From positions 1 through 64,000 of IMG/VR virus record IMGVR_UViG_3300037400_002261: DNA of 64,000 nucleotides. One strand, written 5' to 3'. A program made the position numbers and the translations under genes. Positions 18,747 through 28,476 of the stretch are shown here, one piece after another (position 1 is the stretch's first letter; the number at the start of each line of letters is the position of its first letter). The stretch comes from a virus (Duplodnaviria > Caudoviricetes). A model generated the notes under the pieces. That model was given only the letters and a program-made list of their open reading frames with translations, had not been told where the DNA came from and searched no databases.

Positions 18747-18964
18747 CTTACACCTCCATAGATAGCAACAACAACATCATCAACATCCTTAGATGTAAAA
18801 CAACGAGTTTCCTTTGTACAATACCAAGAATGATATGTACCAGCTGCGTCACTTACAAGGTTTTTCAGCTTCGTTAGATCATTTTTGAGTTCCTTTGCTT
18901 TTGTGGCAAAAGGCTCAGTGCAATTAGTAAAACAATATAATTCTCTTGCTTCTATTGTCATCAC
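18743..18964 (-). CDS. Hypothetical protein
   Basis: Overlapping stop/start. Confidence 0.65.
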   Translation of the reverse strand: MMTIEARELYCFTNCTEPFATKAKELKNDLTKLKNLVSDAAGTYHSWYCTKETRCFTSKDVDDVVVAIYGGVR

Positions 18965-19218
18965 GCTTCCTCCTTTACGAATACAAAAACCTTTACAGCT
19001 GCTCCAGATTTACTAATCTGGATAAACAACGGATTAAATATATCATCCGCAAAATATCCATGAATGTAATATGGGAAAGCTGTTTCACTTATCCATGGAG
19101 AATTATGTGTACGAACAACCATTCCCATCGAAATACGCCGTCCTTTATGATAAAAGAACGGTTTTCCTTTCTGTGTATACTGAATTTTTAACCATCTGTT
19201 TGTTTCTGGTTTATACAT
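18961..19218 (-). CDS. Hypothetical protein
   Basis: GAGGAGG RBS. Confidence 0.7.
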   Translation of the reverse strand: MYKPETNRWLKIQYTQKGKPFFYHKGRRISMGMVVRTHNSPWISETAFPYYIHGYFADDIFNPLFIQISKSGAAVKVFVFVKEEA

Positions 19219-19270
19219 TTTTTACCTCCTCAAATCCATTTTCTTTCATCATAAATTAGTTATGTAACTA

Positions 19271-19690
19271 TCAGCAACAATCTCCATGAGGGCCAACAAT
19301 CATACGTTTCTCTTTTTCGCCGTATTTGTTGACCCAAACTTCTTCAACTGAATTATCAGCCCAGTAAATAGTTTCAAGATATTTCCATTCCTGAGCATCA
19401 TACTCTTCTTTCTCTTTGCGTCTTACTTCCATTTGCAGCTCCTTAAGTCTATTAAACTCTTTCTTTGTAAGGGACCTCGCAGGTTCATCCATACAATAAT
19501 CACTGAGGAAGTATTCTGAAAATTTACCTTTGCTCATCCTATACGACCAACCATAAGTTTTCTTTTCGGCAAACTTGAGAAGTTCCTCATCAGTTTCAAT
19601 AGCACCAAATCCACGACAAGCAAATACAAATTCATCGCTTGAATAAACTGGTTTTCCGTTGACGTAGCCAAAAACGATTTTGTTTTCCAT
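19271..19690 (-). CDS. Hypothetical phage protein
   Basis: YWADNSVEE...PHGD segment; AAGGAG RBS. Confidence 0.75.
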   Translation of the reverse strand: MENKIVFGYVNGKPVYSSDEFVFACRGFGAIETDEELLKFAEKKTYGWSYRMSKGKFSEYFLSDYCMDEPARSLTKKEFNRLKELQMEVRRKEKEEYDAQEWKYLETIYWADNSVEEVWVNKYGEKEKRMIVGPHGDCC

Positions 19691-19713
19691 TTTTTATTCT
19701 CCTTGTTTATTAT

Positions 19714-19929
19714 TTACATTGCATATTCATATATATATACAAATTTTGATTTACCTTTCACATCTCTTGAAGCAAAATTCCATATTTCTTTCATTTCCCT
19801 TGAAGAAATATTGAATCTTTTATAATTCCACTCTTTTCTCTTGATACCATATATTGATATAGCATCAAAAGCATCAAGATATGCCTCTCTTTTTCTTGGT
19901 TCATATTCGTATCTTTTCGAAGCGAACAT
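19714..19929 (-). CDS. Hypothetical protein
   Basis: AAGGAGG RBS. Confidence 0.7.
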   Translation of the reverse strand: MFASKRYEYEPRKREAYLDAFDAISIYGIKRKEWNYKRFNISSREMKEIWNFASRDVKGKSKFVYIYEYAM

Positions 19930-19944
19930 CTGAAGTTCCTCCTT

Positions 19945-20052
19945 TCATTTATCGTCTTCAATGTATTCAATATAATCGGTTTCCGTTGCAAAAAGCATCC
20001 ATTTCCCTTCAACTAAACCCATATATCCTATAGAAGTATAATAGCCTTTCAA
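19945..20052 (-). CDS. 35-aa micro-protein MKGYYTSIGYMGLVEGKWMLFATETDY...
   Basis: Hand translated from TTG; resembles a small family recalled from gut Clostridia phages. Confidence 0.65.
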   Translation of the reverse strand: MKGYYTSIGYMGLVEGKWMLFATETDYIEYIEDDK

Positions 20053-20057
20053 CCTAC

Positions 20058-20513
20058 TCACCCCGCTTTCCGTTTAATATTAACAAATACGTCATATCTC
20101 TCATCGTAGTCATCAATCCAATGAGTATATGGACTATAAACAAAATACGATATTATCGTATCTCCCTTTTTTACTTTCCCTTGTAAATTTTTGTAGCTAA
20201 TATACCCAAGTGCTGTCTTTCCATCAAGACGGTTATTAAGCACTTTCCCTATTGTCCTCTCTATGTAGAGAACTTTGTTTTTTCTGTTAATTAGCATTTT
20301 TCGTGTGAGTTTCCGTTCTGAAATGATACGAACTTTCCCATAAAAATCATACCATCGGATGGTTTTACCCATCCATTTTACCTTGGTACCATATTTCCCT
20401 TGATAGACCGATAAACGGCCTTCTTTTGCAACCAGTTTTGCGTTGCTGGTTGATGAAAACATCATAACCATCATTACCATCATAATCATCATTACCATTC
20501 TCATCTTCTTCAT
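20058..20513 (-). CDS. Basic exported protein with a Met-rich signal peptide
   Basis: MKKMRMVMMIMMVMMVMMFSSTSNA|K; GGAGG RBS. Confidence 0.7.
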   Translation of the reverse strand: MKKMRMVMMIMMVMMVMMFSSTSNAKLVAKEGRLSVYQGKYGTKVKWMGKTIRWYDFYGKVRIISERKLTRKMLINRKNKVLYIERTIGKVLNNRLDGKTALGYISYKNLQGKVKKGDTIISYFVYSPYTHWIDDYDERYDVFVNIKRKAG

Positions 20514-20615
20514 GTGTTTTCCTCCATATTTTATTAATAAATATTTACTGGGGCATAGATTAAATCTATACCCCATTGTTACCCCATCGTTAACTGTCGA
20601 ACCGCTTAATATTTA

Positions 20616-21272
20616 TTATTTAGTTCTTCTGGTGGATCTGGTCTTATTGGTCTTCTTAGAAGAGGCTTTCTTAGCTTCTTCCTCTTTCTTCATTTCTTCC
20701 TTAACTCTCTCAAATGCAGTATCATACAGTTTGGTCTTATACTCATTTCTTGCAACTGGCAGTTTGCCCGTTTTACGAGCTTTTTCTCTCCACTCCTCAG
20801 CAATAACTTTCGTCATTGCCTGAACACGGTCAGCAATTTCAATACTGCCGTATTTCTTAATCTTATACTCATCAAGACCCTCTTTGTATGTCTTGGCAGC
20901 TTTATTATCAGGTTTCATATCATCATTGTTATCAATTTCCTCAGCAGGCTCCTCATTCTTGGTAGCACCAGACTCATTGGCTTCATCGGGCTTCTCAGGA
21001 GCTTCCTTCTTACCCTTATTCATAGTTTTTACAGCAGCTTTATTATCACTAGCTGTGATATTGTCGGAAGTAATGGTAGAAGTCGCTGCTCTTACGGTGT
21101 CATTCTTATAAATTGTATTAACCGTAGTAGCAAATGATTTAATTCCATCTTTGAGTTCAGCAAGAGCATTTTTAAGCTCTTTATTCTCTGCGGTCAATCC
21201 TTCGATGACCTTCTTCTGGGAATTGATGAGTTCAATGAGTTCTGCTTTCTTCATGGTGCTGATGTTTTTCAT
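20616..21272 (-). CDS. Coiled-coil, Lys-rich hypothetical protein
   Basis: ORF track; AAGGAGG RBS. Confidence 0.8.
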   Translation of the reverse strand: MKNISTMKKAELIELINSQKKVIEGLTAENKELKNALAELKDGIKSFATTVNTIYKNDTVRAATSTITSDNITASDNKAAVKTMNKGKKEAPEKPDEANESGATKNEEPAEEIDNNDDMKPDNKAAKTYKEGLDEYKIKKYGSIEIADRVQAMTKVIAEEWREKARKTGKLPVARNEYKTKLYDTAFERVKEEMKKEEEAKKASSKKTNKTRSTRRTK

Positions 21273-21461
21273 GGTTTTTCCTCCTTGAAAAATAAAAATG
21301 ATAATAATTTGTTACTTCGGAGCGGTTCTTTCTGGCTTTACCAGAACGTTGCCGTCCTAATTGTAAGTATGTATTAGAATCGGCAGATAACTCCTTCTGC
21401 GGAGTTTTTACCGACATACATCAAATTCCTCGATGTACTCCTCATTTAACTAATTTAATAA

Positions 21462-21584
21462 TTAAACCCATCCCACAATCATTAATGTAATAATTGCAGG
21501 AATCCCAACACCAAACACTCCGCAGAGTTCAGGTTCATCATAAATAAACTGTTTAATAGTTACAAAAATTCTTGAAATTACCAT
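21462..21584 (-). CDS. 40-aa membrane peptide
   Basis: Hand translated; hydrophobic C-terminus; AAAGGAG RBS. Confidence 0.55.
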   Translation of the reverse strand: MVISRIFVTIKQFIYDEPELCGVFGVGIPAIITLMIVGWV

Positions 21585-21736
21585 CTTGTTACTCCTTTCT
21601 TGAAATAATCATCCAGAACAATTCTGGACAAACAACAATCCCCAAACACCGAAATGTTCGGGGACTCACATTCGTTCAGAAATGAATTGAGAAGTGAATT
21701 AGGATGTTATATGCAATATGCAATGGATAGTGAATA

Positions 21737-22471
21737 CTACTGGCGAACCACAACCTCGCCGTTCTCATTGTTCCACACGTAGACGAAATTTGTAGATCCA
21801 GCCTTGAAACCAGAACCATTCATCTTACGATGATTGCAAGAGCAACGGTATGATTTCTTGTCCCATCCAGAGTGGAAGGTTCTGGTAGTCGGGATAATAT
21901 CATCTTCCCAGTAGTTCTCGTCATCGTTGTAATATCCATCTATCCATGAGTCATTCCATGAGTCATCCCATGAGTAATCATACTCATCTGAATCATCATG
22001 ACATCTGTTGATAATATACTTGTATTCCTCGATTGCATCCGAGATTTCTTCATCGGAGTAGTAGTCTTTCGTGGGAAGGCTGAAAAGTTCAGTATATGTA
22101 TCAATATACGTCTCACCATCATTATCCTCCCACGGATTAAACGGCTTTGCAGAGTTATTATCGGCATCGGCTTTGCAAACCTTGCGTCCTTCCTGACGCA
22201 CCTTCTTGTTCTCTAACTTCTCCCAGTTGTAGAGATAGTCTGGAAAGTTCTTCCGTCTGTCTCTACGGAAATTGGTAGGACGAACCTTCTGCTCAATCCG
22301 CTTGGTGTGACGGGAAACCGCTTCACCCATTGAGGAAATCGCTTCTTCCATAGCGATGAGATAGTTTCTTGCAATCTCATCCTTACGCTCTTCATCCAAC
22401 ATATAATCCAGATACTGGATGAAAATGTTGTCATCATCAGTTACCATCGGGATGTTCTTAAAGTAGTTCAT
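21737..22471 (-). CDS. Hypothetical protein (basic middle, acidic aromatic tail) ending in TAG
   Basis: Start MNYFKN after AGGAGG. Confidence 0.75.
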   Translation of the reverse strand: MNYFKNIPMVTDDDNIFIQYLDYMLDEERKDEIARNYLIAMEEAISSMGEAVSRHTKRIEQKVRPTNFRRDRRKNFPDYLYNWEKLENKKVRQEGRKVCKADADNNSAKPFNPWEDNDGETYIDTYTELFSLPTKDYYSDEEISDAIEEYKYIINRCHDDSDEYDYSWDDSWNDSWIDGYYNDDENYWEDDIIPTTRTFHSGWDKKSYRCSCNHRKMNGSGFKAGSTNFVYVWNNENGEVVVRQ

Positions 22472-22675
22472 TTTGTACCTCCTGTTCTGTACAACACATA
22501 TATAGTTCCTATGGTAGGTATTCCTGACCATATCTGAACGACCGAATTGGCGATTTATCGTGTTTAATAAATCATTCGGTCGCTCAAGTTTGTTCAGGAG
22601 CGGTTATTCCTCTTCATCCTCAGACGCTTCGTTATAAGCATCGAGGATATCCTTAAGGGTTGTCTCAATCATCAC

Positions 22676-23008
22676 TTATGCCTCCTTCCCATTGATTGTG
22701 ATATTGACAGTTACATTCGTACCACCGTTGACATTAACTAATGCACTGGTTACGAATTTAGACCGTGCTTCAAGAATCTCCTGACGCATAAGGAAAATTT
22801 TCTCATGAAGTGGTTGAAAATTCGGATCTGGATTCATCATGGACTCCATCTGGAAGTTATAATTCCAGATATCATCAGCTTCGCAGAAGAGGTCGAATAA
22901 TTCATCTAAATCATCGCATCTCTTCATTGTGCGCTCTAATTCTTCGATTCGTTCCTTCGCTCTGTACTGTTTCATTGTTAATCCTTTTACATACATAAGT
23001 TTCTTCAT
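22676..23008 (-). CDS. Hypothetical protein
   Basis: Start MKKLMY after AAAGGA. Confidence 0.7.
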   Translation of the reverse strand: MKKLMYVKGLTMKQYRAKERIEELERTMKRCDDLDELFDLFCEADDIWNYNFQMESMMNPDPNFQPLHEKIFLMRQEILEARSKFVTSALVNVNGGTNVTVNITINGKEA

Positions 23009-23133
23009 AGTTGTTCCTTTCTCCCAGATGGGCATAAAAATAAGCGCTGAAGATTTACTCCAACGCTTTTGTTATCTGATGAGCCGTTTCGACCCTTTTG
23101 GGTCACTACCGAAGTAGCTTGTTTATCGGTGGA

Positions 23134-23634
23134 TTACTCCACAAGCTCCCATTTAACTAACTGATCATATGTTAATGTGATATATACCGTTTCGATGAAC
23201 TCATCGTAATACTGTTCAATATCACTGTCCCACTCAGTATAATATCTATCAAATGCAACATATACTGATGAATCACAACTATATCCTTCATAGCCTCCTT
23301 CTTTAAACAAATAGAACTCATCGAAATCTGCATTTACCGTGGCAATGTCATAGGCAAATTCATGAATGTTGTCCCAATTAAGATCATGAGATGTTCTCAT
23401 ATACTGAGACGAAATGGAGCGATTGTTACGCCGATTATTTCTACGGCAGGATTTCTTCCAGTCCTTCTCATACTTATGATAGCCTTTCCTGAAACAGGAA
23501 TTACGCTTCTTGGAATCCTTCCTGTCATCAATTCTACGGCGATTCTGCCGTTTTTCCACGAAGCTGTCATCAGCTTCAATCAATACGTTCAATGCATCTT
23601 TCATAGAAATAGCGTATATAATGTCTCCTTCCAT
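23134..23634 (-). CDS. Hypothetical protein (Arg/Lys-rich then acidic); start uncertain
   Basis: ORF track. Confidence 0.7.
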   Translation of the reverse strand: MEGDIIYAISMKDALNVLIEADDSFVEKRQNRRRIDDRKDSKKRNSCFRKGYHKYEKDWKKSCRRNNRRNNRSISSQYMRTSHDLNWDNIHEFAYDIATVNADFDEFYLFKEGGYEGYSCDSSVYVAFDRYYTEWDSDIEQYYDEFIETVYITLTYDQLVKWELVE

Positions 23635-23843
23635 AGCCTTTTAGGGATAAGGCTACCCATGAATTTTGCGGTATTGTTTAGATATAGGCTACAGCAAACT
23701 GCTCCTATACCCAGAGCAACCCTGATTGTTACACTCAGTATCCAACAGCTAGAACCCACTTTGTTCATAACCATCGTAGCTTCTGAGGGAGTATCTCTGA
23801 TACTCATGACTACCTACCACCGAAGTGATGGGCAGATAGAAAA

Positions 23844-24059
23844 TCAGAGATAATATTTAAAATTGAGTTCATTGAGATGAATAGCGAAGAATGTTTCACC
23901 ATCTTCATCTCCTACTAACGCAAAGTTATATACTTTTGCGATTTTTCCAGTCCCATCAGCGACTTCAATAACTGCATCACTATTAGGATCACAGCATTTT
24001 AAAATCTCAATAAGTTCTCCAACTTTGACTGTTTTACGGGGTTTTTTCTTCATCATCAT
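23844..24059 (-). CDS. Hypothetical protein
   Basis: KVGELIEILK motif; GGAGG RBS. Confidence 0.65.
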   Translation of the reverse strand: MMMKKKPRKTVKVGELIEILKCCDPNSDAVIEVADGTGKIAKVYNFALVGDEDGETFFAIHLNELNFKYYL

Positions 24060-24220
24060 TCCTCCATAAATCCTCATAAATTATTTAGTGGCTACACTGA
24101 TTCATAGAATCAATAAGACTCACCATCCAAGATGAATCCAAGATGGTGAGCCATTTTCACCCTACGAATCTAATTATAAGCAATACTCTGGGTAGATCTT
24201 CCAGATGGCTGTTTAATAAT

Positions 24221-24712
24221 TTACTGCTGGATTGCGTCAGCTTCGGCCTTTCTCTGGCGAAGCATTTTATTCACTTCGGCACAGTTTTCGGCCTCCCATA
24301 CCCTCATATCCTTCCTGATTTCCTGCTCCAGCTTAATTCTGGCTGTCTTATACTCTTCCCCTTTCAGATGGAGAATGGTCTTGATACCTTCTTTCTTCCG
24401 TCTGTCAAACTCTGCAGCCCAGATCTTTCTGGATTCTGAGCAGAAGATAAACCTTGTCTCAGGCTTCGGAGTTTTCGGAATCTCTGGCTTCTCTGGAGAA
24501 GCCACTTTCTTCTCACTTTCGGGAGTTTTCACCTTCCAGTTATCTGCAAGGTACGAATGATAGGTACGATTCATTGCATCTGCATTGCAGATACTTGTCT
24601 CGATACCATGAGCTGTTATGGTGTACCATTTCTGTCCGTCAGAGTATACTCCCTGACGAAGAATCACTGTTCCACAGCCTCTTTTGCTCATAATAATTTC
24701 TCTAGTCTTCAT
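24221..24712 (-). CDS. Hypothetical protein, first gene of the leftward early arm
   Basis: AAAGGAG RBS. Confidence 0.75.
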   Translation of the reverse strand: MKTREIIMSKRGCGTVILRQGVYSDGQKWYTITAHGIETSICNADAMNRTYHSYLADNWKVKTPESEKKVASPEKPEIPKTPKPETRFIFCSESRKIWAAEFDRRKKEGIKTILHLKGEEYKTARIKLEQEIRKDMRVWEAENCAEVNKMLRQRKAEADAIQQ

Positions 24713-25005
24713 GTTCCGTTCTCCTTTCTGGAATATAAAATAAAATTAAAGAGAAGAACATAACGTCCTTCCCTTCGAGTCGCAAATACCATACCAAATC
24801 GGCAAAAAAATGTCAAATTTCGCAAAATAAGCATTTTCCGAAATCTCAAGATCCAGTTGGGGGGTAAATTCAGCATAAAATGCTGGTATTTTGGCACTTT
24901 TCGTTAAGCTGCTTCACCCACACACCACCACAATTTTCCGAAGTTTCATATCGTCATCCCAATCGTAACCGCCCAAATAACTAACACATAACCTCACCAC
25001 TTCAT

Positions 25006-25094
25006 TGTGGATAACTTTGTGGATAATTTTAGTATCACTACCACTCCATTTAATAAAACAAACTAAAATTTCGCTGTTGACAAAATGTTGATAA
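25006..25094 (-). promoter_or_regulatory. DnaA-box cluster
   Basis: Perfect TTATCCACA (minus) at 25006-25014 and 25018-25026; 1-mismatch box at 25086-25094; 2-mismatch box at 25075-25083. Confidence 0.6.
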
Positions 25095-25579
25095 CTACTA
25101 TACCCCACCTCCACACATTTCTAGTATATATACATTCGCACTATATAATTCAACCCAGTACTAATCACCTCGGCAAAGGCGCATCCAAAATACTTAAAGC
25201 GTAAGAAGTCTAGCTGCGCCGCACCAATAAACTCATTGCGTATAATCCTCCGTAATTCACCGTAAGGATCTCCTGCAAAATCCCCGCCCAGAATACATCC
25301 ATATATCTCATTTCCCAGTTAACAACCCCTCCCCACATATTGCGTTAATAATTAATATCTATTGAAATAGTCTTATTGCGTACAATCCAAATCTCCAATA
25401 TCTTATCCAATAAACTACTTGGTATCTCATATAATAATTAATCCAATCCTGTCATTGACAAGGCGTTTACGCCGTAGGCAATGTTAATGCTGCCCCACCT
25501 AGAAGAATAGTCATCTGGGTAGAAAGGCAGCAATATAAAAATCTTATTGGTAGAGATAAACTCATATATTAAATACTGT

Positions 25580-25608
25580 TTGACATAAATTATATTTTAT
25601 GATATACA
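25580..25608 (+). promoter_or_regulatory. Candidate sigma-A promoter for the rightward arm
   Basis: TTGACA-17 nt-TATACA with extended -10 TG. Confidence 0.45.
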
Positions 25609-25660
25609 TATTCTTGTTTATATTTTATATCTAACTAACCATCTACTACCCCCTAAAATC

Positions 25661-25845
25661 TTTTACTACTTTTTTATATATTTCTTAAAAGGGACGATGC
25701 TAAAACTCCCAATAAATAAAGGAAGAAAAAAAAATTTTACTACTTTTGACCACTTTTTTGAATCGACCGTTTTGGAGTGTAAAATTCATTTTCTTCTATA
25801 TTATATATGGTTTAAAATTTACTACTTTTGAGGTAGTAAAATTTT
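25661..25845. repeat. Iteron-like TTTACTACTTTT direct repeats plus one inverted copy
   Basis: Copies at about 25662, 25736 and 25818; GTAGTAAA at 25833 forms a hairpin with the third copy. Confidence 0.65.
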
Positions 25846-25913
25846 ATCTTAGATAAGAACCAAGACAAACGTCAGTGATGCTTGCGAGAAACAAGATAAT
25901 AGAAAGGTGATAT

Positions 25914-27167
25914 ATGAAAAATAATATTGACAATACTAATTGTAGTAACTCACCAGTATATATTGTTGACAAACCTATGGGGAGTGGAAAAACTTGCAGT
26001 GCTATTAACTATATTAATACCGCTGATAAAAAAGAACGTTTTCTTATAATAACTCCGTACATCTCAGAGGTAGAACGTTATCAAAGGGAATGCCCCCTCA
26101 GAAAATTTGTAGAACCATATAAAAGACACGGAAAAAAAATTAATGGAATTAAAGATCTAATTCGCCAAGGAAGAAATATTGTAAGTACACATGCATTATT
26201 TCAGCGTTTTGATAAAGAGATAATAGATTTGTGTAGTGTACTAAATTATACGCTTATAATGGATGAGGTTGCGGATGTCGTTAGAGATACACAATACTCA
26301 GAAGATGATATTAATAACTTATTAAATGTATACTGTGATTATGACGAAAAAACTGGATTATTAATTTGGAGAGATTCTCAAAAGGATTATCATGGAAAAT
26401 TTGATGATGCCAAGAATATGAGCGAACTTGGCGGTCTGGCATTAGCTAGAGGAAAAATGTTGATGTGGTTGTTCCCAATTGAAGTGTTTAAAGCATTTCA
26501 AAAAATATATATTCTCACATATATGTTTAACTCACAAATCCAAAGATACTATTATGATTATTATAACATTAAATACAGTTTCATACATGTGGCTGGTGAT
26601 GCAATTAATAACTACCATTTCACTGAAGAAGAAACTCCAGATTTTCATTATAATTATAATAAATTAGTTCATATATTAGATAATGAGAAGTTAAATAAAA
26701 TTGGTGATGGCAAATATAATCTTTCTGTATCTTGGTATGAAAAGAATTCACACAGCGCAGTTATGAAACAATTAAAAGATAATATTTATAACTTCTTTAA
26801 TAATATTAGAAAATCAAAAACTGCGGATAATTTATGGACTTGTTATAAAGACTATAAAAATGAGCTTCTAGGTAAAGGATATACCAAAGGGTATTTATTT
26901 ATTGGTGCTAGAGCAATGAATGAATATAGGTTCAGAAGTAATGTAGTATATCCAGTAAATGTTTTTCTTAACCCAATGATTAAAGGATTTTTTCAAGACC
27001 ATGGTGTTGATGTTGACGAAGATGGTTATGCTCTCTCGGAAATGCTCCAGTGGATTTGGCGATCCGCAATTCGTGATGGAAATCCTATCTGGATTTATAT
27101 TCCAAGTAGCCGAATGAGGGGTTTACTCCAGAATTGGATTGATTCAATTTCTTCGGCATCTAGTTAA
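25914..27167 (+). CDS. yonV: YonV-like SF2 helicase/ATPase (putative replication protein)
   Basis: IVD.PMGSGKT (Walker A), ITPY..EVER, STHALF, LIMDE, LSEMLQWIWRSAIR.G..I..YIPS.RM; SPbeta synteny. Confidence 0.75.
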   Translation: MKNNIDNTNCSNSPVYIVDKPMGSGKTCSAINYINTADKKERFLIITPYISEVERYQRECPLRKFVEPYKRHGKKINGIKDLIRQGRNIVSTHALFQRFDKEIIDLCSVLNYTLIMDEVADVVRDTQYSEDDINNLLNVYCDYDEKTGLLIWRDSQKDYHGKFDDAKNMSELGGLALARGKMLMWLFPIEVFKAFQKIYILTYMFNSQIQRYYYDYYNIKYSFIHVAGDAINNYHFTEEETPDFHYNYNKLVHILDNEKLNKIGDGKYNLSVSWYEKNSHSAVMKQLKDNIYNFFNNIRKSKTADNLWTCYKDYKNELLGKGYTKGYLFIGARAMNEYRFRSNVVYPVNVFLNPMIKGFFQDHGVDVDEDGYALSEMLQWIWRSAIRDGNPIWIYIPSSRMRGLLQNWIDSISSASS

Positions 27168-27187
27168 TTTTAATTATTAAATACTAC

Positions 27188-27216
27188 TTGACAAATATCA
27201 AATGCTGTATTATTAT
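27188..27216 (+). promoter_or_regulatory. Sigma-A-type promoter
   Basis: TTGACA-17 nt-TATTAT. Confidence 0.6.
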
Positions 27217-27267
27217 CAGTATCAGTAATTGTTGATGCTTTATTTCTCACATGAAAGGAGCCACCAG

Positions 27268-28464
27268 ATGCAATACAAGACGCTTCCTATTTCAAGTATT
27301 AATATTAATACTAGAATTCGGAAATCAATAGGTGACATATCAGAACTTGCCGCCAACATAAAAGAAGTCGGACTTATATTTCCAATTGTTGTTAATGAAA
27401 GTAATAAATTGCTTGCTGGCGAACGAAGACTTGAAGCATGTCGTTCTCTTGGATGGAATGAAATAGCTTGCATTGTAAAAACAACATCTGATGCAGAACA
27501 AGATCTTTCAATAGAAGTGTCGGAAAATATCCACCGTAAAGATTTTACCAGAGAAGAAGTTGTTGATGTTGGAATGGAACTTGAACGAATCGAGAAGGTT
27601 AAAGCGGAAGAAAGACAAGCAACTTCTACTGGCGGGACAAATCCACAGCTTAGGGAAAATTTTCCCGAAGCTGAAAGAGGTAGAACTCGTGATATTGTAG
27701 CTAGAAAACTCGGTATGTGTGGAAAACAATATGAACGAGAAAAATTTATTGTTCAAAATAAAGAACTCCTTTCATCTGGAGATTATGATGATTGGAATAA
27801 TAGAATAAAATCAACAAATGCTGTTTATACTATTATTAAGTCATTATTACCTTCAAATAATAAAAGCATTCCTAATAAACCAAAAGAAGTAATCAAAGAA
27901 GTAGTAAAGGAAGTAGTTCCGAAAGATTATGAAAATATTAAGCAACAAATAAAATCTTTATCTTCAGTAAATGAAAATTTAAAGGTCGAAAATTCTCGTT
28001 TAAAATCTTCTCTTGCTGAAAAAGAAGAAGAGATTGAGTACCTTCTTAATGAAACTGATAACCAAGATATTGCTGATGAGAATGCATCTTCTGATATTGA
28101 ACAAAAATATGAAGAACTTCGTTCACTATATAATAAGGAAGTTTCTGATTATAAATCTCAAATCGACACGATGAAAATTGAGTTAGATACTCTTCGCTGT
28201 TCTTCATCTCAGGTTGTTTCTAATTATAAAGATGGTGATGAAATATTTAACTTTTGTAGTGAGTGTAATCAGTTCGTTAGTAAAATTGTTTCTCTTCAGT
28301 ATTCAGATGCTTTTCGCAAAATTTCCGCAGAACGTGCTCTCCCCTTAAACACTCTTGCTGATTCTTGCGGAAAGGTAATGGATGCACTTGAGGAATTAAT
28401 TAAACATATTAAAACTGATTCTGTTGTTGATGTTATTGATGTTGATGTTGTTGATATTAATTAA
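27268..28464 (+). CDS. ParB/Srx N-terminal domain protein with coiled-coil C-terminus
   Basis: ELAANI..VGLI.PIVV....LLAGERRL.A, EN..RKDF; start after AAAGGAG. Confidence 0.8.
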   Translation: MQYKTLPISSININTRIRKSIGDISELAANIKEVGLIFPIVVNESNKLLAGERRLEACRSLGWNEIACIVKTTSDAEQDLSIEVSENIHRKDFTREEVVDVGMELERIEKVKAEERQATSTGGTNPQLRENFPEAERGRTRDIVARKLGMCGKQYEREKFIVQNKELLSSGDYDDWNNRIKSTNAVYTIIKSLLPSNNKSIPNKPKEVIKEVVKEVVPKDYENIKQQIKSLSSVNENLKVENSRLKSSLAEKEEEIEYLLNETDNQDIADENASSDIEQKYEELRSLYNKEVSDYKSQIDTMKIELDTLRCSSSQVVSNYKDGDEIFNFCSECNQFVSKIVSLQYSDAFRKISAERALPLNTLADSCGKVMDALEELIKHIKTDSVVDVIDVDVVDIN

Positions 28465-28476
28465 AGGAGATATCTT

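Noticed and set aside
20595-20601. Single Spo0A box TGTCGAA
   Set aside because: One 7-mer in 64 kb is expected by chance.
23076-23130. CTGATGAG hammerhead-like core
   Set aside because: No correctly placed GAAA and stem III on the plus strand; the region folds better as minus-strand hairpins.
2526-24763. Many plus-strand ORFs of 60-160 aa in the left arm
   Set aside because: They overlap RBS-led minus-strand genes, are Phe/Ser/Ile-rich shadows and lack an RBS.
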